A stretch of DNA of 63,972 bases, from positions 54,062,713-54,126,684 of the forward strand of contig NC_068992.1 in the NCBI RefSeq assembly GCF_001194135.2. The letters are read 5' to 3'. This DNA is from Octopus bimaculoides. Its lineage: Eukaryota. The translations under genes were made by a program, and so were the position numbers. The notes under the pieces are model-generated. The model was not told the DNA's origin, made no database searches, and saw only the letters and a list, made by a program, of their open reading frames with translations. How positions within the stretch are numbered: the stretch's first letter is position 1; each line of letters begins with the position of its first letter. Shown here in pieces: positions 13,989 through 27,111 of this stretch.

Positions 13989-14305
13989 GTACATATATAT
14001 ATATATGTATGTATATATATGTACATATACATATGTATATATATATGCGTGTGGGTGTGTGTCTACGTGTTCATATATATATATATATATAAACCTGATA
14101 TTGTATATACCTGTGTGTCTGTGTATATGTAAATTTGCATATCTTTGTATATGTATTTCTTCTACGAGTGTGAATTTAAATAAAAATTAGTTAAAGCACT
14201 CCAGTAAATCGTCAGTGTGCCAACTTACACTTACACACACGTACACACAGTCGCACAATATGTGGCTATATTTTATATGTGCGCGTATGTATATGTGTGT
14301 GCGAG

Positions 14306-14348
<43 letters not shown>

Positions 14349-15161
14349 TTATATATATAAACATATATTCATAAAGGTATATACATCGAAAGATATTTAT
14401 CTCTATATATACATATTTGCGTGCATGTTTGCTTACGTTGCATGTCTACGTATCTGTTTACGTGTGTGTGTGTATGTGTGTGTGTGTGAGTATCTATGTG
14501 TGTGTGTGTCTGTGTGGTCGTTATAGTCATAAGGCATTGCAGGTTTTGTTGTTATGCATCTTTTTTTTTTTTTTTTGTTATAATTTCACCTTCCTTGACT
14601 GCCTAAATATATTTAAAAGCTTACAAGAAAAACATCTGTTCTTATGTAAATATATCAGGCGATGAAACTATGAGAAAGCTAAACATTTCGAGTGAAATAT
14701 TTCCTAACAGTCAAGCATGCAGTGACTGACAATGTTTGGATAGGTAAAAGACAATTTTCTAATTATGTGAAACTCTATAAGCAAACTGTACTAAAAATTT
14801 TTAGGTGCAAAGTAAGGCTCTATTACCTATAGAAATGGAGTAGATAGTGTAGCGCCTCATATATTCTTTAAACTTCCATACAATACTTGCATATTTGCGT
14901 GTGTGCGTGTGTGTGAATGCATGTACCTATATAAACGTTATATATATACATCAAGAGTTTTTTCCCTTTTTACTTTTGAAAGTATTTTGTATTGACACTA
15001 AAGATTGTTACGTTTTCAAAGGATTTAAGATTAATTTTCGGTGAAAGGCTTTAGATGCGGTCGCGCTCACCCTTAAATGATATAGATATGTATACATATA
15101 TGTTTATATATGAGTGCATCCATATAATACCCAGACACACCCTCATACATATAAATGATGT

Positions 15162-15246
15162 ATGTGCGTGAGCGTGCGTGAGCGTGCGTGCGTGAGCGTG
15201 CGTGCGTGAGCGTGCGTGCGTGAGCGTGCGTGAGCGTGAGTGAGCG
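15162..15246. repeat. CpG-rich compound (GCGT/GAGCGT)n microsatellite
   Basis: Directly visible. Confidence 0.9.
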
Positions 15247-15309
15247 TGTGTGTGTGTGTGTGTGTCTTTGTGTTCGTGTAATTCTTTTCGGGAACAGTGG
15301 ATCTTAAAA

Positions 15310-15450
15310 CACAGTGTGTACAAATCCAATCAGAAGTCTTCTATCAGGCTTAAGTAGAAGACATTTGCCGGAAGTGCCAATCGTGGGACCGAGCCCAGAG
15401 AACCATATGGTTGAAAAGCAAATTATTTAACACACACCAGCGGCCGTGCC

Positions 15451-15451
<1 letters not shown>
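15310..15451 (-). mobile_element. Decayed family B head (similar fragments at 49860-49925 +, 56170-56335 -, 60440-60575 +)
   Basis: Degenerate match to the GTAGAAGACACTTGCCCAAGGTGCC...GTGGGACTGAACCCGGAACCATGTGGTTG motif. Confidence 0.6.
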
Positions 15452-15481
<30 letters not shown>

Positions 15482-16911
15482 ATGTAGATAGATAGATAGA
15501 TTGTTAGGGTAAATCCTAGCTGCTTATTCCATTATCAGGATCAATATGTATCCATAATTAGTGTTATATGTAAATCAAAACACATAAAGATTGTGAATAA
15601 CAAATATTATTTACAGTGTTGTTGAATAACAAACGGGAAAATGTAAAATTTTGGTATTATCTATTCTCCATTACACATGTTCCATTTGCTAATTGGAATT
15701 ACAAAGATTTACATGTCATATAAACATTTAAAGACTTTTCTATTAGAAAATGGTCAGACAATGTACGTATGCATGTACATTTATATATGTGTATGCATCT
15801 TTTTGTTTGTGTTTGCTCGTCCCCCACTACTTAACCGGTGTTTGGTTGTTTACGTGCATGTTATTTAGCCGTTCGGCCATGTTTCCTTTATTAACTTTTT
15901 CGTTGAAATTTCATTGCAGCGATTTAGTTTTGGCGTTGCTTTGTAACTGATTGTCATGCTTTAGGTAGGTAGTATTAAATATCATCTCTAACTCTAATTG
16001 CTATATCGATCATCTCTAGTTGCACAAGGTTATATTCTATCGTTCTATCCCAAGATATAAATGTGCAGCGTGTGTCAGATTTACTGTGATATAGTTTAAA
16101 TTCCGCAACTAAGAATTATTTTTGCGATTCCATGAACGTTTTGCAACTTCTCGTTCATCATACTTACTACGGCCACATGTAGCTTGATTACTTCCTTCAT
16201 GTCTAGAATTATGTACAATTCTTCAGTAACACCCTAAACCCTTCTGAATTTATCCATTTGAGATTACCTCTTTGTATATTGGATTGATCGCCTACATTGA
16301 CCCCAGATATTCAGTTCCTAATTATTTTATTGCATGGTTGGTTTCATTGTCAGTGTTTATTAACGTGGTCGGTCTGCCTCGGTTATAAGTCACCATTTTA
16401 TATATGGGAGTCCGTATTTCTTATTGCTTGGAGAAATATAGAAATTTTTATAACTCTTTCTCTCTGACCTGACGTACAGTGAACTGGCGTCCATAGAGCA
16501 AGTGGAATATATTATAGCAGGTTCCTGCAGCGTTAATGGTTACACGCGAGGAAGAAAGACGTGGGAGTATAGAGAGAGAAATGATAAATTAGGAGATGAA
16601 GAGAAAGAGAATTAAAATGCATGTTAACGACAGTAAGAGCGGTGGGTGGCGATCAAGGTAGAATAAACAGGCAAAGGAGGAAGATATAAAAATGAAAGTC
16701 AGGCAAAAAGAAAGAGGTGGACGAAGAAAATTGATGAAAACAATGAAGGGAAAGGAATTATTGGAAATAGTTAAAGGGAAGTTAGAGAAAAAGAAATAGT
16801 GGAAAAGGATCGGTGAGTAAGAGGGGGACATAGATAAATATACAGAAAGGATAGAGTAAAGTAGGGAGTGAGAGAGGGAAGGAGCGAGAGATACATAGAC
16901 ATATAGTTTGG

Positions 16912-16991
<80 letters not shown>

Positions 16992-17693
16992 GGATATATA
17001 GATNNNNNNNNNNNNNNNNNNNNNNNNNNNNNNNNNNNNNNNNNNNNNNNNNNNNNNNNNNNNNNNNNNNNNNNNNNNNNNNNNNNNNNNNNNNNNNNNN
17101 NNNNNNNNNNNNNNNNNNNNNNNNNNNNNNNNNNNNNNNNNNNNNNNNNNNNNNNNNNNNNNNNNNNNNNNNNNNNNNNNNNNNNNNNNNNNNNNNNNNN
17201 NNNNNNNNNNNNNNNNNNNNNNNNNNNNNNNNNNNNNNNNNNNNNNNNNNNNNNNNNNNNNNNNNNNNNNNNNNNNNNNNNNNNNNNNNNNNNNNNNNNN
17301 NNNNNNNNNNNNNNNNNNNNNNNNNNNNNNNNNNNNNNNNNNNNNNNNNNNNNNNNNNNNNNNNNNNNNNNNNNNNNNNNNNNNNNNNNNNNNNNNNNNN
17401 NNNNNNNNNNNNNNNNNNNNNNNNNNNNNNNNNNNNNNNNNNNNNNNNNNNNNNNNNNNNNNNNNNNNNNNNNNNNNNNNNNNNNNNNNNNNNNNNNNNN
17501 NNNNNNNNNNNNNNNNNNNNNNNNNNNNNNNNNNNNNNNNNNNNNNNNNNNNNNNNNNNNNNNNNNNNNNNNNNNNNNNNNNNNNNNNNNNNNNNNNNNN
17601 NNNNNNNNNNNNNNNNNNNNNNNNNNNNNNNNNNNNNNNNNNNNNNNNNNNNNNNNNNNNNNNNNNNNNNNNNNNNNNNNNNNNNNNNNNNNN

Positions 17694-17748
<55 letters not shown>

Positions 17749-17868
17749 TAGCCATGTAAGTGTGTGTTTATGAAAGGTAAGATGAAAACGAAAAATGTTC
17801 ATGAATATATATATATATACACATACAAGTGCGTCTATGTGTGTGTGTGGTGGGGATGTTGCTTTCAC

Positions 17869-17900
17869 CTGCTGATATTATAGAGTAGACCCGCTTTAGT
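17869..17900 (-). CDS. Weak candidate exon: TKAGLLYNIS(R)
   Basis: CAG|GTGAAA donor, phase 0 in and phase 2 out, would link the 22628 and 13365 exons. Acceptor (CATGTAG) is poor. Confidence 0.2.
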
Positions 17901-18201
17901 CTACATGTTCTATATTGTCCCGAAAATTAGATGAACTGATGTCTTTTACTTACCGAGCGTGATATTTCTAGTTCTAAACACATCTAAGTGAAGATTTAGC
18001 TTATTACTTGGCCACATGGATTAACTCGTTGTATCAAAGTTTTTAAACTCACCATACCTTATACGATATATAGATATATATTCCTTGTAACCGGTAAAAG
18101 TTGAGAAAGTGGCTCAGGGCTCGACAGTTTCGTACATTGGCACTTATAATCTCATGCCTTCAATTCTGGACACATTGTATTACGAAACTTATATGTGTGT
18201 A

Positions 18202-18260
<59 letters not shown>

Positions 18261-18972
18261 ATATCTGTGTATATATATATGTGTGTGTGTGTGTATATCT
18301 GTGTATATATATATATGTGTGTGTGTGTGTATATCTGTGTATATATATATGTGTGTGTGTNNNNNNNNNNNNNNNNNNNNNNNNNNNNNNNNNNNNNNNN
18401 NNNNNNNNNNNNNNNNNNNNNNNNNNNNNNNNNNNNNNNNNNNNNNNNNNNNNNNNNNNNNNNNNNNNNNNNNNNNNNNNNNNNNNNNNNNNNNNNNNNN
18501 NNNNNNNNNNNNNNNNNNNNNNNNNNNNNNNNNNNNNNNNNNNNNNNNNNNNNNNNNNNNNNNNNNNNNNNNNNNNNNNNNNNNNNNNNNNNNNNNNNNN
18601 NNNNNNNNNNNNNNNNNNNNNNNNNNNNNNNNNNNNNNNNNNNNNNNNNNNNNNNNNNNNNNNNNNNNNNNNNNNNNNNNNNNNNNNNNNNNNNNNNNNN
18701 NNNNNNNNNNNNNNNNNNNNNNNNNNNNNNNNNNNNNNNNNNNNNNNNNNNNNNNNNNNNNNNNNNNNNNNNNNNNNNNNNNNNNNNNNNNNNNNNNNNN
18801 NNNNNNNNNNNNNNNNNNNNNNNNNNNNNNNNNNNNNNNNNNNNNNNNNNNNNNNNNNNNNNNNNNNNNNNNNNNNNNNNNNNNNNNNNNNNNNNNNNNN
18901 NNNNNNNNNNNNNNNNNNNNNNNNNNNNNNNNNNNNNNNNNNNNNNNNNNNNNNNNNNNNNNNNNNNNNNNN

Positions 18973-19017
<45 letters not shown>

Positions 19018-19048
19018 ATGTATGTATATATATCTTTGGATGTATACA

Positions 19049-19111
<63 letters not shown>

Positions 19112-19236
19112 CATGTGTGTGAGTTCCTATGAATGTCTGTTTGTTGCCCTTGAGGTTTTATTTACTGCATGTGTGAACATGAGCAGCAGTAAGCGTATAC
19201 GGAAGTGTTAAGAAATCGTCGCATATACATTTTCAT

Positions 19237-19267
<31 letters not shown>

Positions 19268-20341
19268 CCCAACATTCTGTATATTTATACGCTTATTTCT
19301 ATCTCCCTTCCACTTTCTCTGGTATGTGTATTTGCGTGTGTATACATAGGAAACGTGGTTGTAGAATTAAATTTATACCAGCACAAATACAACACATACA
19401 TATTATTCAAGTACAAATGCGATTTCACCCAATCACGTATGAGTCTATATGTGCATGCCTTATTATGTAATGTTTGCTTTTATGTATGAGATTTCAATGG
19501 CGGTGGAGGTGAACCTGGTCTGGAATTATGTGATATAATCTAAACACAGAAGTGGTATACTTTGGTTAAGAAATAAACTAAATTTACTCTAGAGTTTTTG
19601 AAATTCTATCCATTATGTCTGTTGGAGACAGATATTTAATAAACCAGAGGTGTCTGTCTTAGTGTCTTATTCTGACGTATGTTAACGTCTTTGGAAATGC
19701 CATTAAGATGTTAGTGCCAAGATTAATTCATTTCAGGCATGATTCTTGGTGCCAATATCTGTGCGTGCCAAACATTTCTTCCTTTTTGTTTTTAATTTCT
19801 TCATTTTTGTTTTAAATAGTGCTCACCCAAAGATTTCAATGTTATTAATTAATTTTTAAATTATAATTAATTTAATCATCGATCCAGAAGATTTATGATC
19901 ACAGTTTTCTCAAGCGTGACTATTCCATTTAAATCCAGAACCAATTTATCCAGAATGTCCTTTGACTTTAAATCAGCTTGGCGTGACTTGAGGAAGGTGT
20001 GGCTTCTGTCTCTCACAAGTGGAGCAGGAAGCAAGTGAGCAGAGGCGAATTCGTCGACTCATTTTGGTACAAAACTGTAACATCAATAATCAATGGATGA
20101 TTTGAACTCAATATTAAAAGCTCAAACAGCTAGGGCTCCCACAGAATTATAATTTAATTATTATAATTACAATTTAATTTAGGGCATACATTCTTTGCTT
20201 TGCAGTGCAGTTATTGAGTGCGGTGATGTTATTTGAGCATAAATATTTACCTCAATACACTTCCTGAAGCTGAGCTATCTCGATGATTCAAGCCTCTTGA
20301 ACCATCGAGTAAGCAGGCTTTTATATGGTAACCCAAATAGC

Positions 20342-20398
20342 TAGATATCCTTTATATAACCAGATATCCTTTATATAACCAGATATATTTTATATAAC
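20342..20398 (+). repeat. 19-bp minisatellite, 3 copies
   Basis: (T/C)AGATATCCTTTATATAAC twice, then CAGATATATTTTATATAAC. Confidence 0.9.
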
Positions 20399-20405
20399 AT
20401 TTTAC

Positions 20406-20492
20406 AGTCTTAAAACAGCAAAGGACACAATGGATACTCTATAGTCAAAATGGCGGATTACTACGGCTGGAGTTTCTTTGATTAGATCTCGT
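20406..20492 (-). CDS. Weak candidate exon: RDLIKETPAVVIRHFDYRVSIVSFAVLR
   Basis: Good acceptor GTTTTGTTTGGCTTCAG, 87 nt, phase 2 in and out, open. Weak donor ACT|GTAAAA. Confidence 0.25.
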
Positions 20493-21469
20493 CTGAAGCC
20501 AAACAAAACCGTCATCAACACCAACACTACATTGAAATTGCCAACTACTTGTTTAGTACTCAGTCGCCGAAGAAACTTTATTACAAAAAACACCACAGTG
20601 ATGTTAACCTTCTAGCAATCAACGATTGTTTGTTTGTTTTAAATACTTTAACAAGATTTAGTTTCCCTCGTTTTCTTACAGGTCCTCGTGTTATGCTTAG
20701 ATAAATGATAAATATGAATGCAAAAGAAAAATACAACAACAAAATTTGATTTCCAGTTTCAGTTCCAAAACCAATGTTGCATAATTATAATCTGTATCTA
20801 TAGAAAAGTAAACTTTGAAGTTCCATGATAACATCTCCAAGGTTATTTGCAAACGTATATATAGTTTCAATACGAAAACAATCAAATTTTGGCAGATTGT
20901 CAAGTACATTTGAACCTAATTTCAAAGAGAGACGCAGTTTACATCCATGACTTCGGTTGAATGTGATTACATGTTAGTGCAGTGATATATATATATATAG
21001 ACGATAACACTCTTGTGTGTTAGTACATTCATGTCATATCTCTATGTGATAATATAATCCGGTGCATTTCCCCAGATAATATCTATTTATCCGCGACGTG
21101 TGCGTGCGAAGATGTATCTGTGTGTTTGTGTGTTTGAGTGTGTGTGTGTGTGCGTTTGTGTGTGTATGTGTGTGTGAGTGTTGTATATGCACGAGTAATT
21201 TGTTTATGCAGTAACAGGTCGATATATAATACATATACCAAATTGTTAATTAATGTATGCATTGAACTTAGCCAAAAGGAGTATATGATTTTTTTTTTTA
21301 GCAGAATTTCCTTGAATTGGACAAATGTCGTCAGAAGACGGTCGAGGAATGATACATGCGTCATATTATCTTTTTCCCAGGCATAATTTGATATGCAAAT
21401 TGGCAACATTTTACATAAATACAACTTTTACAGTAGATATTATATATTGGTTTCAAATGTTTGCATAAT

Positions 21470-22086
21470 ATCAACAAGTTCGAGGGCGGAGATAAACTGA
21501 TTACATCGACTTCAATGTTTCACCGGTACTTAATGTATCGATCCCGAAAGGATGAAAGGCAAAGTCGACCGCGGGGGAATATGAACTGAACATAATAATA
21601 ATAATAATAATCCTTTCTACTGGAAGCACAAGGCTTCAAATTTTGGGGAAAAGGATTAAGTCGATTACATCGACCCCAGTGTGTATTTGGTATTTATTTA
21701 ATCAATCCCGAAAGGATAAAAGGCAAAGTCGACCTCGGCGGAATATGAACTGAGAACGTAGCGACGGGCGAAATACCTCTGGAGCATTTCATTCCTGACG
21801 TGCTATCGATTCTGCCATCTCGCCGCCTTAAGTAATAATAATTATAATAATAATAATAATAATAATAATAATCCTTTCTGCTAAAGGCACAAAGCCTGAA
21901 ACTTGAGGAGAGGGGAATAGTCGATTACATTGACCCCCAGTGCTCAACTGGACCTTATTTTATCAATTATAAAAGCGTGAAAGGCAAAGTCGATCTCAGT
22001 AGAATTTGAACTAAGAACGTAAGGACGGACAAAATACCACCAAGCATTTTCCCAGAGTGCTAACCATTCTGCCCGCTCGCTGCCTT
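21470..22086 (-). mobile_element. Three tandem family A SINE copies separated by (TAA)n
   Basis: Repeated GATTACATCGACCCC...GAAAGGCAAAGTCGACC blocks at about 21500, 21660 and 21920, with (AAT)n at 21593-21610 and 21835-21870. Confidence 0.85.
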
Positions 22087-22627
22087 AGTAAATATATATT
22101 ATGTACGCATATATAGTTATGTATGTATGTATGGATGGATGGATAGAGGGAGGGATAAGTACATACGTAAACGCGTACATGCATACATATGCATATATGT
22201 ACATATATCCATGCATGAAGGAATTCAACTCAGTAATGAGTATTATCATTGCTGCAACGCCACAATGTCCTTTTTTCTTTTTGTCCAGGTGATGATTTAT
22301 AGATTTTAACACGGGTTTAATTAAATGCAAATGAGAACCATGTCATTAGCATAGTTCAGAGACATCTTGTTTTATGATCGATTGTTGGTAGCTAGCCTCG
22401 GACCAAAACCAAGCTAGCCTATCGAAGAGTGTTTTGCGTAATCAGCAGGACGGAAGTAATACCAGTCCTTAAACGAAGGAGCTCAATGAAGGATGAACGT
22501 CTACCTAATGATAGTACACAACAAAGTACTGGTGATGGTGATACCTAAAAACCTCTTTAAAAACCCGAAGGTCTAGCGTTTACCGTACAGGTAAAAGAAG
22601 GTTAGTGTCTGACATGGAATAACTCAC

Positions 22628-22659
22628 TTCCTGGAAAGACAATTTGTCTTCAATTTTAA
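22628..22659 (-). CDS. Candidate 32-nt exon: (V)KIEDKLSFQE, or LKLKTNCLSR in the other open frame
   Basis: Strong acceptor TTTTCAATCTTCTACATCGTTTAG and GAA|GTGAGT donor; reading frame ambiguous. Confidence 0.45.
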
Positions 22660-24925
22660 CTAAACGATGTAGAAGATTGAAAATTACGTATTATGCAAAA
22701 CACTTACACATATATACAGACATACGCATACAATATCTCTATCACTATAAACAATACACACCTCTACACCTCTGTCCTCTACAAGCCTACAGACTTCCAG
22801 TCTTACCCCCACTGCTCTTCCTCTCATTCCAAACACTCCAGTGCTACATAACGTTCTTCAATTCCTTTCAACTTCGTCGATTTTGCAGCATTCATTCGGA
22901 TTTCAATTTCGTTTTGTCTCTCTTACTACGTCATTTGTTCCTACCACTTCCTGTCTGCTCATGAAGCATTGTCTTGCGTTCCACATCAGTTGCATCCAGT
23001 TTCTGAAACGTACAGGATGTAAAAATGTGCTCTCTACCTGTCTGCTTTACCCTGAAGCAGTTCCTTTATACGTACACACATACACACACGCCCACACACA
23101 CATATATACGTATGTATGTATGTATTATGTATGTTTCATTTTATCCGTTTCAATAAAAACTGCATATATGTGTGTGTTTGTGTTTGTGTCTGTGTGTGTA
23201 TATGTGTGTATGTGTATGTTTGAGTGTTTGTGTGTGTACTGTAGCCATCCTTGGTAGGAGCCGGGTATTTTTACGCGTACAGCACTAAAGTGCTCATAAC
23301 ACATTTATAAATATTAGAGATTAGTGTAGTAATATATAGATTCCTTTTCCTTAACAGAAATACCTACTTAATTTTTCCACTGCAATGCTGATAAGTGGTT
23401 TCTATATCTGACATCACTTTTCATTTTTTATTTAATGGATGTACTCAAGACTCAGATATTGAATTCTGTGAAAGTTGTTGAGAAAATATTATGAAGTATC
23501 TGGAGAGGGATTCTACTCTGGACAAAACTAAGCCCAAATCATAAATGGATTTAGTATTTCGAATTGCATATCTTTCTTTTAGATCTTTTTTCTCTATTTT
23601 GTCCGTGGCAAGATGACAAAATATTTAGTAGTTATCTGTTTGAATTGTATGAATGCATAGTATTATGCGTATATGAATATGCTTATGTGTTTGTAGACGT
23701 GTGAGTAATTACGTGTGTGTGAATGTATGCACATGTGCTCGCGTCTGTGTGTATCATATATATAAATATATTCTGGAAATGATGATAATTATTATAAGCT
23801 TAAACCTTATAAGCGTTTACCGTGTATTGGTTAGAGGAAATATTCTAATATTAGTTTAATATGGGAATTAGTACGCGTCTAACATCTTATAAAGGTACTT
23901 CTTATCATTGCGTTGCTTAGCTCGTCGGTAACGCTCTCAAGTGTTTAGAATAAAAAGAGAGAAAAAGGAGGAGGGAGAAAAGAGGGAGAGTAGTGTCGAT
24001 GACATGAGGAGAGGGAATATAATTGTAACGCTTCTACGTGATTAGTGGGAGGGAAAGAGAGGAGAAAGAAAAAGAAGAGAGAAAAGAGGATAAGGCGAGG
24101 AGTGAGACGGAAAGAAGAAGAAAGAACAAGATAGAGAGAAAAAAGACGGAGAGCGAATAAGTGAGAGAGAAGCATCCATGGCAAGTGGTAGCGGGATCGT
24201 AATAATTTTAGCAGTGATGATGTTAACGAAGGGCAGAGATAGGGGAGAGAAAGGAAGAGGAGGGAGAGAAACGTGGTGGTGGTGGTGGTTAGATATTGAA
24301 AAGTGTATTTTTTTTATTGAAGAAAGTTTTTTTTTATTTCACCTATCACTTAACGCATGCGCATAAGTGCAATTCCTTGAAATATTCGCGCTTATTTACG
24401 TGCAATTTAACAAAAGGTTGTATCATATGTACGGGATTTTTTTTAATGGGAAAAATGGAAAAAGAAGAGTGAATATTTATTTTATGAGAGCTGTGTATTA
24501 AATCTATAAAATTGTGCATAAAGTATATCAATTGCATATATAAAGGGCATTAAGTAATCGGCATATTCCAATTTCACTTTTCAATGAATAGCAGATGAGC
24601 GACCACCTTTCCATACAGACACAACACAGACTACGCTTTCAGGATTTTGGATAAAGTTTTCAGAAATAACCCAATATGTTTACCATTAATTCCATGAAAT
24701 ATTCACCGGTCTCGCTAGTTAGTTGAATATGGCTAGTACCCATGGGAAACGAAGTTCGTTTCCAACGCGTACTAATACTAAGTTGTTGTTTTTTTCTGTC
24801 AAGGGCTTATACGCCTCAATATTACATAACCTTCAAAGTGTGATGTGATGTAGTGATCCTGTGTCCGAGAGAGGCTGCGCTTCGTGCCAATTTTACTGTC
24901 TTCTTCAAGTTTCCGTACAACATAC

Positions 24926-24985
24926 CCATGCATAGTCTTTTTTCTTTTCTTTTTTTGTATGCTGAGTGCTTTCCCTCCAGGTTTT
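24926..24985 (-). CDS. 3' part of a candidate exon whose 5' end lies in the 24986-25298 gap (NLEGKHSAYKKRKEKRLCM in the phase-1-exit frame)
   Basis: Purine-rich, open in all three frames, TGG|GTATGT donor. An alternative longer exon could end at 24831 (GAAG|GTTATG). Confidence 0.3.
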
Positions 24986-25757
24986 NNNNNNNNNNNNNNN
25001 NNNNNNNNNNNNNNNNNNNNNNNNNNNNNNNNNNNNNNNNNNNNNNNNNNNNNNNNNNNNNNNNNNNNNNNNNNNNNNNNNNNNNNNNNNNNNNNNNNNN
25101 NNNNNNNNNNNNNNNNNNNNNNNNNNNNNNNNNNNNNNNNNNNNNNNNNNNNNNNNNNNNNNNNNNNNNNNNNNNNNNNNNNNNNNNNNNNNNNNNNNNN
25201 NNNNNNNNNNNNNNNNNNNNNNNNNNNNNNNNNNNNNNNNNNNNNNNNNNNNNNNNNNNNNNNNNNNNNNNNNNNNNNNNNNNNNNNNNNNNNNNNNNAT
25301 ATATATATATATATATATATACATTGTGTGTGCGCACGAGTGTGTGTGCGATTAATAGCATGCGTATAGACTATCTACTGCGTGTGGCACTTTAATCAGA
25401 TAAAAATTATGAAAGGACGATATAAATCTATAGAAATATACACCAGAACCGCTTCTGATTTAATGACTTAATCTGCCGCATGTTGACGGGCTTCTTGTAA
25501 AGATTAACACAAATAGTTTTCATATCCATAATGTCACAATATTTCCTTTAAGATCCACTCTTGGCAGGTAGAACGATATATTTAAATAACGGTTACTAGA
25601 TCTAGCATATCACATTACCTAAGGAAATTTGGTAATGTTACGTACCACACACGCATCTAACGTAGTTGATAACTTTCAAAAAAATAAACTGAAATAGTGT
25701 GTCATATATGTGTGTAAGCGAATATGTACGTATGAGTGTAATGTACACACGTAAACA

Positions 25758-26175
25758 AAGCGGCGAGCTGGCAGAAACGGTAGCACGCCGGGCGAAATGC
25801 TTAGCGTTATTTCGTCTGCCGTTACGTTATGAGTTCAAAATCCGCCGAGGTCGACTTTGCCTTACATCCTTTCGAGGTCGATAAATTAAGTACCAGTTAC
25901 GTACTAGGGTTGATGTAATCGACTTAATCCCTTTGTCTGTCCTTGTTTGTCCCCTCTATGTTTAGCCCCTTGTGGGCAATAAAGAAATAAGAAACGTTAG
26001 CATGCCGGACGAAATGCTTAACGGTATTTCGTCTGTCTTTACGTTCTGAGTTCAGATTCCGCCGAGGGTCGACTTTGCCTTTCATCTTTTCGGGCTCGAT
26101 AAATTAAATACCAGTTGCGTTCTTGGGTCCATCTAATCCCCACAAATGTCGGGCCTTGTACCTAGAATAGAAAAG
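25758..26175 (+). mobile_element. Two tandem, well-preserved family A SINE copies
   Basis: GCGGCGAGCTGGCAGAAACGGTAGCACGCCGGGCGAAATGCTTAGCG head; the second copy starts at GAAACGTTAGCATGCCGG (about 25991). Confidence 0.9.
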
Positions 26176-27004
26176 CATATAGATACGTAGACAAATGGAT
26201 ATGCAGATAGGTGGATAGATAGATAGATAGATGGGTTGAGAGAAAGAGAGATTATCATATACGCACATACAAAGATACATGTACATGCGTGTGAATATAA
26301 TTATATATGTGCATGCACATATATATACCTTTATATACACATACATATTTGTGTGGGCGTATATATATATTGATATACAAATGTATGTGTATACACCTAT
26401 GGATGTATGTATATATATATATATACATGTGTGTGTATTTACAGAGACATGTGTATATGTATATATATCGCTGTATAGCGTGTGTTTTTTAATATTACTG
26501 TATCAGTTTTGATGAAGACCTTTTACGCGTAGCCGTTTAAGCCTCTTTTAAAGTAGGAAATATTATAAAATGTGTGAAAATGATATGTATTTATATATTT
26601 TAGTAGTAATTTTATGGATCTTTTGGGGATTGTCAATCCGTCAGATGTTTCCTTATTTTTGTTATCCTATGTAAACAGTATAACACTTTGGCAGCTATTT
26701 TGCAGCTTGATTACACAAAAATAATAAGCTAATATTCACAACGTATGACACTTTAACAACCTCACCTACGCTTCGCCGTTTTATTATATACATTATTATC
26801 AGATAGTGCTATACTACGAATAAGCTTTTTGATGAAGTTGTAAGTTACTCTGTCATTTCAATTACCATTGTTATGAATTAGCTTAACACGCTGCTCAGAT
26901 TTTTTTTTCTCCTTCACTACTTTGTCCATTTGTGGCTTTGCTGTTTAGTGGTAGGTCTAACACGGAACCCCGCCGTTTAACACATGTGCTTGGAATATAT
27001 ATAC

Positions 27005-27111
27005 CTTTTAATTCTGAGTGTTTGTCTAAATAAACGCCACCACTTGGCACTTCGCTTCGGTGGTGCTACCTTGGGTTCTGACGTACCGTAAGTCTTGTCC
27101 GCTCTATGCAT
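27005..27111 (-). CDS. Candidate exon: MHRADKTYGTSEPKVAPPKRSAKWWRLFRQTLRIK(R)
   Basis: ATG at 27111 preceded by an in-frame TAG, AAAAG|GTATAT donor, protein-like composition. No good acceptor. Confidence 0.3.

Noticed and set aside
17954-17983. 30-nt minus-strand exon candidate with a TCG|GTAAGT donor
   Set aside because: It would need a 53-nt intron to reach the 17900 candidate, and its frame cannot be fixed.
20447-20456. AAAATGGCGG YY1-like or start-codon motif on the plus strand
   Set aside because: The frame closes after 11 codons, there is no donor, and a single short motif is not evidence of a promoter.
21470-22086. Regularly spaced repeats resembling a CRISPR-like array
   Set aside because: These are tandem SINE copies of about 200 bp separated by (TAA)n; there are no short identical repeats with unique spacers and the context is eukaryotic.
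22400-22550. Plus-strand 50-codon frame ending KRRSSMKDERLPNDSTQQSTGDGDT*
   Set aside because: No convincing acceptor and no upstream plus-strand exons; length is within chance expectation.
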